Below are positions 16,955 through 25,254 of a stretch of DNA of 25,254 nt, piece by piece. Each line of letters starts with the position of its first letter. Within the stretch, counting starts at the first letter, position 1. Both the position numbers and the translations under genes were made by a program. Source of the stretch: an uncultured bacterium (GTDB lineage: Bacteria; Abyssobacteria; SURF-5); contig CAZSKP010000055.1 in NCBI GenBank assembly GCA_964607485.1, positions 1 through 25,254 of the forward strand, in the 5' to 3' direction. The notes beneath the pieces were generated by a model. It was not told the origin of the DNA, made no database searches, and worked only from the letters and a program-made list of their open reading frames with translations.

Positions 16955-17120
16955 TTCCACCCCACCTGCTGCCTGCACGTGTTATCGCGCCGCGGTCGAG
17001 AATCGCAAACGTGGTGTAATGCGTGTGCCGTAATGTCCCACGGTCAGGACCCTGTGACAACCGCCTTTCTTTCGGCCTGTTGCCCGGATTGTTCCTCACC
17101 CAACAACGTTCCCCTGCCTC

Positions 17121-17234
17121 GTCATTGCGAGGAGCAAAGAGCTGCAAGCTCGAGCGACGAAGCAATCCCGATGGCAAGCGGGAAACGCCTCCGAGATTGC
17201 TTCGGTCGAGTCTGTGACTCTCCCTCGCAATGAC
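17121..17234. repeat. REP-like palindromic element (GTCATTGCGAG...CTCGCAATGAC type)
   Basis: Terminal inverted repeat gtcattgcgagg/cctcgcaatgac and inner inverted repeat cgaagcaatc (17158-17167)/gattgcttcg (17195-17204). Confidence 0.85.
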
Positions 17235-17267
17235 TCCGAGTCATTTAGGCAACAGGCCTTCCTTCAA

Positions 17268-17296
17268 TTGACACTTGAGACTTGCGGCGATATAAT
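17268..17296 (+). promoter_or_regulatory. Consensus sigma70 promoter of the aldolase gene
   Basis: TTGACA-17 bp-TATAAT. Confidence 0.85.
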
Positions 17297-17410
17297 TTGG
17301 AAAGGCTCGGCACCGACACTCGCCGACGAGCCTTCAAAACGAATCATCGCTTCTCTATACTTGCTTCAGAATAGCATGGCGAAACGAGCGTACAGAAGGG
17401 GGAAAAACCG

Positions 17411-18823
17411 ATGAGTTCTGTAACCCTGCACCCGAATGTGGACGACATGAAGGCGCCGTTGAAAGGCATCGTGACGTTAACGAATGGAACCTTGAAGGTC
17501 GGCAATCAGGACAAGTTTCGGAAGCTCGCGTATGCGCTCGTGTATAACTCGATTTTCAATGCGGACAAGGACGTCCAGGAACTGTGCCGCTGGCTCATAC
17601 GGTCCGGCGCCGACGCCTGCGGCGTACGCCCCGCAAGCATTCACGACCTGTACATGGCGCGCGGTCGGGGCGAGTGCCACGGATTCACTGTTCCGGCGAT
17701 AAACATACGCGGCCTGACGTTCGACGTCGCAAGCACGATCTTCAAGGCGGCGCTCGACAACAAGGTCGGCCCGCTCATTTTCGAGATCGCCCGCTCCGAA
17801 ATCGGATACACCTTCCAACGACCCGCCGAGTACGCGACGTCCGTCCTGGGGGCTGCGATGGCGAGCGGATATGTCGGCCCGGTGTTCATCCAGGGCGACC
17901 ACTTCCAGGTGAACGCCAAGAAATACAAGGCCTCCGCCGACGGCGAGCTGGGCGCCATCCGCGACCTTATCGTCGAGGCGATCGAGGCGGGTTTCTACAA
18001 CATCGACATCGACGCCTCCACGCTCGTTGACCTGAGCAAGCCCACCGAGGAAGTACAGCAGGAAACCAACGCCGCCATCACGCACGAGTTCACGACATTC
18101 ATCCGCAAGAAGGAGCCGAAGGGCGTCACTGTCTCCATCGGCGGAGAGATAGGCGAGGTCGGCAGCGAAAACAGCACCGTCGAGGACCTCAGGGGATACA
18201 TGGCCAACTACAAAAAGAAGCTCAAGAAGAGCTCCGGCGATGTCCACGGAATTAGCAAGATAAGCGTCCAGACCGGCACCACACACGGCGGCGTGCCGCT
18301 TCCCGACGGCACGGTCGCGAAAGTGAAGGTCGATTTCGACACGCTCGAAAAGCTATCGAAGGTCGCTCGCGATGATTACGGAATGGCCGGAGCCGTCCAG
18401 CACGGAGCCTCGACTCTGCCCGAAGACGCGTTTCATTTCTTCCCCGGCAGGGAAACCGCCGAGATACACCTGGCCACCGAATTCCAGAATATGATTTACG
18501 ACCACACCGCGTTTCCCGACGACCTGAGGCGAAGCATATACGACTATATCAACAAGGAGCACGGGGACGAGCGCAAGAAAGACCAGACCGACGAGCAATT
18601 CATCTATAAAACGAGAAAGAAGGGGTTCGGCCCGTTCAAGAAACAGGTCTGGGACCTGCCCGCCGACATCAAGGGACAGATTTGTGAGAAGCTCGACGCC
18701 AAGTTCGAGTTTCTCTTCAAGCAGTTGGCCGTCCCGAACACGGAAGACCTGACCAAGAAATTCATCCGGCCCGCATCCGTCGCCGTTCCGCCGCCGAAGA
18801 CGGCACAGCGGGTGCTGGGCTAG
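17411..18823 (+). CDS. fba: Class II fructose-bisphosphate aldolase (long form)
   Basis: VPAINIR, QGDH, DIDAS, GEIGEVG, GTTHGG and QHGAST motifs. Confidence 0.88.
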   Translation: MSSVTLHPNVDDMKAPLKGIVTLTNGTLKVGNQDKFRKLAYALVYNSIFNADKDVQELCRWLIRSGADACGVRPASIHDLYMARGRGECHGFTVPAINIRGLTFDVASTIFKAALDNKVGPLIFEIARSEIGYTFQRPAEYATSVLGAAMASGYVGPVFIQGDHFQVNAKKYKASADGELGAIRDLIVEAIEAGFYNIDIDASTLVDLSKPTEEVQQETNAAITHEFTTFIRKKEPKGVTVSIGGEIGEVGSENSTVEDLRGYMANYKKKLKKSSGDVHGISKISVQTGTTHGGVPLPDGTVAKVKVDFDTLEKLSKVARDDYGMAGAVQHGASTLPEDAFHFFPGRETAEIHLATEFQNMIYDHTAFPDDLRRSIYDYINKEHGDERKKDQTDEQFIYKTRKKGFGPFKKQVWDLPADIKGQICEKLDAKFEFLFKQLAVPNTEDLTKKFIRPASVAVPPPKTAQRVLG

Positions 18824-18844
18824 GCCGAGGGGCGGCCGCCGAAC

Positions 18845-19024
18845 ATGCAGTGTCCGAAACATCCCGACCTTCCGGCCAGGTTCAGGTGTGAGAAGTACGC
18901 GCTCGAGATGTGTGAGCGCTGCATGGAGTGTCGCAGCCCCGACATCTACTGCAAGCACCGCCCGCAGTGCATGATCTGGGAGCTGCTCAGGGAGGATTAC
19001 GACGAAAATCCGACCGAGGAGTGA
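18845..19024 (+). CDS. 59-aa Cys/His-rich zinc-finger-like protein (below the ORF-track cutoff)
   Basis: MQCPKHPDLPARFRCEKYALEMCERCMECRSPDIYCKHRPQCMIWELLREDYDENPTEE*, 21 bp after the fba stop. Confidence 0.75.
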   Translation: MQCPKHPDLPARFRCEKYALEMCERCMECRSPDIYCKHRPQCMIWELLREDYDENPTEE

Positions 19025-19079
19025 GTCCCCCGCCTGTTCCGTGGGCGCGCGATGGAAAGGACGCCCGCCGAACGTCGCC

Positions 19080-20177
19080 TCAATCGCCGAACACCGTTCC
19101 CACCGAGCGCGCAGCCGCGATGAGCTCGGAATCCGTGGGCACGAGCTTCAGCTTTCCGACGGCGTCGGTTATCGTGACCGATTGTATATCGTTCCCGCGG
19201 AGGCAGACCATTTGTCCGAACTTTCCCTTTTCTATCAGCTCAATGGCGCCCACGCCGTACTTCGTCGCGAGTATCCTGTCGAACGCGGTCGGTGAGCCCC
19301 CTCGTTGCACGTGGCCGAGCACGGTCACCCGTGTCTCGATTTTGGTCGCCTCTTCGATCTGGTTTCCCACGACTCTTCCGATTCCGCCCAGCCGGACGGG
19401 GTCGGGGCTGTCGGCAATCATCTTATCTACCACTTTCCCGCCTCCGACGGGCTCGGCCCCCTCGGCCACGACGACTATGCTGAAGAGCTTTCCCCAGCCG
19501 GCGCGGTCGTGTACTGTCTCGCAGACCTTTTCTATGTCGTATGGGATTTCCGGTATCAGGATGATATCGCCGCCGCCCGCAAGGCCCGAGCCGAGCGCCA
19601 GCCACCCCGCGTAGCGTCCCATCACCTCGACGACCATCACCCTGTGGTGCGACTGGCCGGTCGTGTGCAGCTTGTCGATGGCGTCGGTCGCGGTGGCCAC
19701 GGCGGAGTCGTGCCCAAAGGTGATGTCGGTTCCCGACAGGTCGTTGTCTATCGTCTTCGGAATCCCCACGGCCGGCAATCCCATATCGACGAGTTTCTTG
19801 GCGATGCTCAGGGTGCCGTCGCCGCCCACGCAAACGAGCACGTCAAGCTTCAGCTCCTCGCAATAGGCCAGCGCCTCCTTTGACTTATCGGAAAAAGTGA
19901 GGCTTCCGTCAATCTGCAGCTCCGCCCATTTGAACGGGTTGGCCTTGTTGGAAGTGCCCAGAATGGTTCCCCCGAGGTTCAGGATGTTGGAAACGCTCCT
20001 GTTCGTGAGTTCGACCGAATCGCGAAGCACCAGGCCGGCATAGCCGTCGCGGAATCCGATGACGCGCCAGCCATGATCGTGCAAAGCGGTCTTCGCCACC
20101 GCGCGAATCACCGCGTTGATGCCAGGGCAATCTCCTCCGCCCGTCAGGATTCCGATGGTTTTGCTTTTTCCGGCCAT
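19080..20177 (-). CDS. pfkA: 6-phosphofructokinase (group III-like)
   Basis: TGGGDCPGIN, GGTILGTS, GGDGT, PKTIDND, EVMGR and LGHVQRGG motifs. Likely start at MAGKSK (20177). Confidence 0.93.
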   Translation of the reverse strand: MAGKSKTIGILTGGGDCPGINAVIRAVAKTALHDHGWRVIGFRDGYAGLVLRDSVELTNRSVSNILNLGGTILGTSNKANPFKWAELQIDGSLTFSDKSKEALAYCEELKLDVLVCVGGDGTLSIAKKLVDMGLPAVGIPKTIDNDLSGTDITFGHDSAVATATDAIDKLHTTGQSHHRVMVVEVMGRYAGWLALGSGLAGGGDIILIPEIPYDIEKVCETVHDRAGWGKLFSIVVVAEGAEPVGGGKVVDKMIADSPDPVRLGGIGRVVGNQIEEATKIETRVTVLGHVQRGGSPTAFDRILATKYGVGAIELIEKGKFGQMVCLRGNDIQSVTITDAVGKLKLVPTDSELIAAARSVGTVFGD

Positions 20178-20341
20178 CCACGCTCTCCTTTGTAGGCTGT
20201 CTCCCCTTGCGCTTCCCCGGCGTTTCTCACGTCGGCAACGATTGTACCATTTCTTTTCACCAATTAAAAGAGAAGAATCGGCTTCGCCCAAACGGCCGCC
20301 TCTCCCCGACAACCGCGGACAAACCTGCGGGCGAAAAAGCT

Positions 20342-20370
20342 TTGACATTTTGCGGGTAAAGTGGTAGTAT
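20342..20370 (+). promoter_or_regulatory. Sigma70 promoter of tRNA-Val
   Basis: TTGACA-17 bp-TAGTAT. Confidence 0.75.
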
Positions 20371-20383
20371 TTCTTGAGAAACA

Positions 20384-20457
20384 GGGCGCTTAGCTCAGTT
20401 GGTTAGAGTGCTTGCTTGACATGCAAGAGGTCAGTGGTTCAACTCCACTAGCGCCCA
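20384..20457 (+). tRNA. tRNA-Val (GAC), CCA not encoded
   Basis: GGGCGCT/AGCGCCC acceptor stem, anticodon arm CTTGC-TTGACAT-GCAAG, GTTCAA T-loop. Confidence 0.96.
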
Positions 20458-20499
20458 CAAAGAACAATGCCGAAGCGGAAACATCCACATCATCCGGGG

Positions 20500-20527
20500 A
20501 AAACAAGACGATGAGTCTTGTTTTTTT
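20500..20527 (+). terminator. Intrinsic terminator-like hairpin after tRNA-Val
   Basis: aaaacaagac-gatga-gtcttgtttt with a T-run. Confidence 0.6.
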
Positions 20528-20583
20528 GTCTTGAACTGCGGGCGCGCGGCCCTTTTTCTTCTCGACACGCTGAAAGAATGACT

Positions 20584-22500
20584 ATGAGCCGAAAAGAGAT
20601 AACACTGAAACTGCCCGACGGCTCGGAAAAGACGTTTGAAAACGGCGTCACGCTTGCAGAGGTGGCCGACTCTCTGGGCAAGCGGCTGGCGAAGGACGCG
20701 CTTGCGGCCAGGGTCGATGGCCGGATTGTGGACCTGTCGGCGAAATTGCAGGGAGACGCACGCGTCGAGTTCCTCACGTTCGACTCGGAGAAGGGGCGCG
20801 ACGTGTTTCGTCACAGCAGCTCCCACCTGATGGCGTATGCCGTCCAGGAGCTTTTCCCCGGCACGAAGTTCGGCATCGGCCCCGCGATCGAGAACGGGTT
20901 CTATTACGATTTCGACCGTCCCGGCGGGTTCACCGAGGAAGACCTCGGCGCCCTCGAGAAGAAGATGAAGGAGCTCGCGGCGAAGCGCATCCCCTTCAAG
21001 CGCAGCGAGATTTCCCGCGGCGAGGCGCTCAAGCGGTTCCGCGCGCTCGGCGAGACGTACAAGGTGGAGCTCATCGAGGGAATCGAGGACGATACGGTCA
21101 GCCTCTATGAGCTGGGCGATTTCGTTGACCTGTGCACCGGTCCGCATGTGCCCGACAGCTCCTACATCAAGGCATTCAAGCTGACCAGCCTGGCGGGTGC
21201 ATACTGGCGAGGCGACGAGCGCAACAAGATGCTCCAGCGCATCTACGGCACTTCGTTCGCCAAGGAGAAAGACCTGAAACAGCACCTGCAACTGCTCGAA
21301 GAGGCCAAGAAGCGCGACCACCGCAAGCTCGGCCGCGAGCTCGACCTGTTCAGCTTTCACGAGGAGGGGCCGGGCTTCGCCTTCTTCCATCCCAAAGGGG
21401 TGGTGCTCTGGAACGCGCTGATGGATTTCTGGCGGGAGGAACACACCAAGCGCGGCTACGTGGAGGTGCGCACGCCCATCATCCTCACACGCTCGCTGTG
21501 GGAGCAGTCCGGCCACTGGGAAAATTATCGCGAGAACATGTATTTCACGACCATCGACGACCGCGACTTCGCCATAAAGCCGATGAACTGTCCCGGCGGG
21601 TTGCTCATATACAAAACGCAGCTCCACAGCTATCGCGAGTTCCCGCTCCGGTGGGCCGAGGTGGGCCTCGTGCACCGCCACGAGAAATCGGGAGTGCTGC
21701 TCGGTCTGTTCAGGGTGCGCCAGTTCACACAGGACGACGCGCACATATTCCTCCTGCCCGAGCAGATAGTGGACGAGGCCGTCCGCGTGATAGAATTCAC
21801 CGATTTCATGTACAAGGCCTTCGGGTTCGAGTACATGGTCGAGCTCTCCACGAAGCCCGAAAAACATATCGGCACAGACGAGATGTGGGAACACGCGACG
21901 AGCGCGCTCGAGGCGGCGCTCGTGCGGGTCGGGCTGGAATACAAGCTGAACGAAGGCGAGGGCGCCTTCTACGGGCCGAAGATAGATTTTCACATTCGCG
22001 ACTGCCTCAACCGCACATGGCAGTGCGCCACGATACAGATGGATTTCGCCATGCCGGAGAAATTCGACCTCTCCTACGTCGGCTCCGACAACCAGCGGCA
22101 TCGGCCCGTCATGATACATCGCACCATTTACGGTTCCATCGAGAGATTTCTCGGCATCCTCACCGAGCACTACGGCGGCGCGTTCCCGACGTGGCTGGCG
22201 CCCGTGCAGGTCACGCTGCTGCCCGTCGGCGAATCGCACCGGCCATACGCCGCGGACGTGCTCGAACGGCTTCGGGAGCGCCGCATACGCGCGGAGGCCG
22301 ACATGAGGGACGACAAGATAGGGTTCAAGATACGCGAAGCGCAGTTGCAGAAGGTCCCGTATATGCTCATTCTGGGCGACAGGGAGGTCTCTTCCGGCAC
22401 GGTTTCCGTCCGTCACAGGCGTCAGGGCGATCTGGGACCCCGGAAGTTCGAAGACTTCTTGGAATCCCTGCAGGCCGAAATAGAAAGCAGGGCGGTGTAA
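20584..22500 (+). CDS. thrS: Threonyl-tRNA synthetase
   Basis: TGS domain, HSSSHLMA, DLCTGPH, RDHRKLG, KPMNCP, FYGPKID and HRTIYGSIERF. Start at 20578 or 20584. Confidence 0.98.
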   Translation: MSRKEITLKLPDGSEKTFENGVTLAEVADSLGKRLAKDALAARVDGRIVDLSAKLQGDARVEFLTFDSEKGRDVFRHSSSHLMAYAVQELFPGTKFGIGPAIENGFYYDFDRPGGFTEEDLGALEKKMKELAAKRIPFKRSEISRGEALKRFRALGETYKVELIEGIEDDTVSLYELGDFVDLCTGPHVPDSSYIKAFKLTSLAGAYWRGDERNKMLQRIYGTSFAKEKDLKQHLQLLEEAKKRDHRKLGRELDLFSFHEEGPGFAFFHPKGVVLWNALMDFWREEHTKRGYVEVRTPIILTRSLWEQSGHWENYRENMYFTTIDDRDFAIKPMNCPGGLLIYKTQLHSYREFPLRWAEVGLVHRHEKSGVLLGLFRVRQFTQDDAHIFLLPEQIVDEAVRVIEFTDFMYKAFGFEYMVELSTKPEKHIGTDEMWEHATSALEAALVRVGLEYKLNEGEGAFYGPKIDFHIRDCLNRTWQCATIQMDFAMPEKFDLSYVGSDNQRHRPVMIHRTIYGSIERFLGILTEHYGGAFPTWLAPVQVTLLPVGESHRPYAADVLERLRERRIRAEADMRDDKIGFKIREAQLQKVPYMLILGDREVSSGTVSVRHRRQGDLGPRKFEDFLESLQAEIESRAV

Positions 22501-22557
22501 CCGAGTTTTCTTTCCGTTTGAACGGTTGGGTCGAAGGCCTCGAGGAGAAAAGAAGAA

Positions 22558-22890
22558 ATGGCACAGGCGCCCTCCAGATGTTTCACACACACCGAACGCA
22601 CCGCCGTCGCACGATGCAAACAGTGTCACAAGCCACTCTGCGAGCGATGCGTGAAGAAGATGCCCGGCGGCATCTATTGCAGCGACGAATGCTACAAGAA
22701 GGCCGCCTCGTTCCATGATCGCGTGGAAAAGCTCGATGCGCAGACCAAACGCGGCCCAGGCCTGGGAAGACTCGTGGGAAGGCTCGTCATTCTCGCGGTA
22801 GTGATAGCCATCCTCTACTACGTGTTTGTCTATGAGGGCGTGCGTGGAGTTGGTGATTTCATAAATCTCTTGAAAGGGCTGGTTCCTTAA
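22558..22890 (+). CDS. B-box-type zinc-finger protein with a C-terminal transmembrane helix
   Basis: CFTH...CKQCHKPLCERC...YCSDEC, followed by hydrophobic LVILAVVIAILYYVFVY. Confidence 0.8.
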   Translation: MAQAPSRCFTHTERTAVARCKQCHKPLCERCVKKMPGGIYCSDECYKKAASFHDRVEKLDAQTKRGPGLGRLVGRLVILAVVIAILYYVFVYEGVRGVGDFINLLKGLVP

Positions 22891-22909
22891 GACAGGAGGG
22901 GGAGAGAAC

Positions 22910-23317
22910 ATGCTGAGCCAGTGGAAGAAGATTCTGTTCATCTTGATTATTGCCGGAGTGGTGTATGGGAGCTGCAACACGCAGACCATGCTGAAGACGG
23001 AGACCTTTTTTCGGGAGAAAAACCCAAACCTCGCCCTCACACCCAAGGTCTGCTATTTTCTCGGCAATGTGGCGTACATGACATTCCGCTACAAGCTCGC
23101 CATCGACATCATCGACCGTAATCTCAAGGATTTTCCCTACGCCGGCGGCGCGACGCAGGCGGAATACAGGCGGGCCGTCTGCTATGAGAAGCTGGGCGAT
23201 TACGTGAAAGCGATCCAACTCTACGAAGACTTTCTTCTCGCACATCCCAAAGACAATAAGTACCAATCGATTGAAAACAAGTTAGCCAAGCTCAAGGCGC
23301 TTCATGCGGCAGAGTAG
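22910..23317 (+). CDS. Membrane-anchored or lipoprotein TPR protein
   Basis: N-terminal hydrophobic segment, TPR-like AEYRRAVCYEKLGDYVKAIQLYEDFL, AGGAGG RBS. Confidence 0.75.
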   Translation: MLSQWKKILFILIIAGVVYGSCNTQTMLKTETFFREKNPNLALTPKVCYFLGNVAYMTFRYKLAIDIIDRNLKDFPYAGGATQAEYRRAVCYEKLGDYVKAIQLYEDFLLAHPKDNKYQSIENKLAKLKALHAAE

Positions 23318-23366
23318 GCGTCTGAATTCTAGCGGCGGTGTCTGCCGGATGTAAGAGAGTGAAAAA

Positions 23367-24689
23367 TTGGCAGCCTCAGAACCCGGTTCCCTCTCAACGG
23401 AAGCCGTACGTCCCGCCCGCTCGATTCAAGGCGAGATAAGGGTCCCGCCCGATAAGTCCATCTCACACAGGGCCGTGCTCATCGGCTCGATAGCCGAAGG
23501 CCGCGTCGCGGTGAACAATTTCCTTCGCTCCGAAGATTGTCTGGCGACACTAAACGCGATGCGCATCCTCGGCGTATCCATCCACGAGAGAGAAGCCGGA
23601 CGATTGGAGATAGAGGGAGCCGGCCTCGACGGACTGAAGCCGCCCGTGAGCACAATCGACTGCGGCAACTCCGGGACCACAATGAGATTGATGATGGGCC
23701 TGCTGTCGGCGCAGGGCTTCGCGTCTGTCCTCACGGGCGACCAATCCCTCAGAAAGAGGCCGATGGACCGCGTCATCCTGCCGCTCAGACAGATGGGCGC
23801 GCGCCTGCACGGGCGAAACGAGGACAAACTCGCACCCATCGAAATCGAGGGAGCGAAGCTTAAGCCGATAGTGTACGACTCACCCATCGCGAGCGCTCAG
23901 GTGAAGTCGGCCATCCTGCTTGCAGGCCTGTACTGCAGCGGCAAGACCGTGGTGCGAGAGCCTCGCAAGTCGAGAGACCACACCGAGCGCATGCTGTACC
24001 GACTGGGCGTCGCCGTCGAGGTGGAGGAACTGAGCGCGTCGGTCGTCGGACGAGCGCTCCTGCGCGCGGGCGAGATCAGCGTGCCGGGCGACATCTCATC
24101 GGCGTCTTTCCTGCTCGCGGCCGCCGCCGTGCTCCCCCAATCGGAACTGCTCGTGCGCGACGTGGGGCTGAACCGGACGCGTTCGGGATTTCTTGACGTG
24201 TTAAGGGAAATGGGAGCCGATGTCTCGGGCGCCGACATCTCAGACGACGGCCTCAGCGAGCCTTCGGGCGACCTGCTCGTTCGGGGCGGAAGAACGCTCA
24301 AGGCCGTTCGCGTCGGCTCGCGCGACATTCCGAGGCTCATCGACGAGGTTCCGATAATCGCCGTCATGGCGCTTAAAGCGGAGGGAGTAACCACCATCGA
24401 GGGCGCCGGCGAACTCAGGGTCAAGGAAACCGACCGGCTGAGCGCGCTCGCAAAGAACCTGTCGGCCCTGGGCGCTCAGGTCGAAGAAAAGTCGGACGGC
24501 CTGGTCATCCCCGGCCCGCAACGCCTGCGCGGGGGCGTCGTCGAGAGTTTCGGCGACCATCGCACCGCCATGGCGATGGCCGTCGCGGGACTCATCGCCG
24601 ACGAGCCCGTAACAATCAACGACACAGCCTGTGTCGCAACTTCGTTTCCCGGATTCTTCCGCGAGGTTCGAGCCCTCGCCGTCCCCTGA
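23367..24689 (+). CDS. aroA: 3-phosphoshikimate 1-carboxyvinyltransferase (EPSP synthase)
   Basis: DKSISHRA, GNSGTTMR, SAQVKSA, RDHTERM, ELRVKETDR and DHR motifs. Confidence 0.97.
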   Translation: MAASEPGSLSTEAVRPARSIQGEIRVPPDKSISHRAVLIGSIAEGRVAVNNFLRSEDCLATLNAMRILGVSIHEREAGRLEIEGAGLDGLKPPVSTIDCGNSGTTMRLMMGLLSAQGFASVLTGDQSLRKRPMDRVILPLRQMGARLHGRNEDKLAPIEIEGAKLKPIVYDSPIASAQVKSAILLAGLYCSGKTVVREPRKSRDHTERMLYRLGVAVEVEELSASVVGRALLRAGEISVPGDISSASFLLAAAAVLPQSELLVRDVGLNRTRSGFLDVLREMGADVSGADISDDGLSEPSGDLLVRGGRTLKAVRVGSRDIPRLIDEVPIIAVMALKAEGVTTIEGAGELRVKETDRLSALAKNLSALGAQVEEKSDGLVIPGPQRLRGGVVESFGDHRTAMAMAVAGLIADEPVTINDTACVATSFPGFFREVRALAVP

Positions 24690-24720
24690 GCATCTCCGTC
24701 ATCATCTGGGAGGAATCATA

Positions 24721-25104
24721 ATGGACAGAAAGAGCATTTTCTCGGAAGCGGCTCCCCGGCCTGTGGGGCCGTACTCTCAGGCAATCAAAGCGGGGGAATG
24801 GATATTCCTTTCCGGTCAGATTCCCATCGACCCGCACACCAACCAGCTCGCCCCGGGAACCATCGAGGAGCAAACGGAACTTGTTCTGAAAAACTCCCGG
24901 AGCGTCCTCGAGGCCGCCGGAGCATCGCTTGAACACGTTGTCAAGGTGACGATCTTCCTCGCAAGAATGGAAGACTACGCAAGAGTCAACGCGGTCTATT
25001 CGACATTCTTCACGTCCGCGCCTCCCGCACGCAGCGTCGTGCAGGCCGGCCGCCTGCCCAAAGACGTCGGCATAGAAGTTGAGATGGTCGCCTGCGCGCG
25101 CTGA
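24721..25104 (+). CDS. ridA: RidA/YjgF-family enamine deaminase
   Basis: GPYSQAI, LSGQIP, VVKVTIFL and PARS...LPK motifs. GGAGG RBS favours the start at 24721. Confidence 0.92.
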   Translation: MDRKSIFSEAAPRPVGPYSQAIKAGEWIFLSGQIPIDPHTNQLAPGTIEEQTELVLKNSRSVLEAAGASLEHVVKVTIFLARMEDYARVNAVYSTFFTSAPPARSVVQAGRLPKDVGIEVEMVACAR

Positions 25105-25254
25105 ACGCCAAAAACTTTTTCCGTTCACGCGCATGTGGCTTGCGCCAATGGTATCAGGGCCGCATCTCCAAAAAACGCCGAGAATACGCCCATCAGCGCC
25201 CCTGCCGTCTCTCCGCGCGGTGAGCATTGTCCGGCATCATTCATCGCCCGCCAC

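Noticed and set aside
20458-20583. T-box riboswitch upstream of thrS
   Set aside because: The leader is only ~125 nt and has no T-box consensus. The hairpin is better explained as the tRNA-Val terminator.
20431-23046. 871-aa minus-strand ORF and 528-aa alternative-frame ORF (21132-22718)
   Set aside because: Both are shadows of thrS in GC-rich, codon-biased sequence and show no recognisable motifs.

Overview
The window has two parts. The right part (about 16.6-25.2 kb) is ordinary housekeeping chromosome: class II fructose-bisphosphate aldolase, phosphofructokinase, tRNA-Val(GAC), thrS, small B-box and TPR proteins, aroA and ridA. The left part lies downstream of an initiator tRNA-fMet (16484-16560, minus strand). 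An identical 47-bp copy of that tRNA's 3' half recurs at 13353-13399 and 680-726, which marks a tandem array of integrated elements with no recognisable integrase in the window. The ~3-kb element carries one secreted Cys/Asp-repeat protein built from an internal duplication of the whole mature protein. The ~12.6-kb element carries the most notable system. It is a co-directional operon encoding a TPR protein, a glycyl radical enzyme with an atypical GCVQ thiyl loop, two DUF2284-like Cys-rich proteins, a C-GCAxxG-C-C protein and a cytoplasmic DmsAB-like molybdoenzyme. There is no radical-SAM activase in the window. A palindromic operator overlaps the operon's promoter, and a BetI-like TetR gene lies divergently upstream. 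A ROK kinase, a PHP hydrolase and two gene remnants complete the element. All family calls come from motif recognition by eye; no database searches were run.
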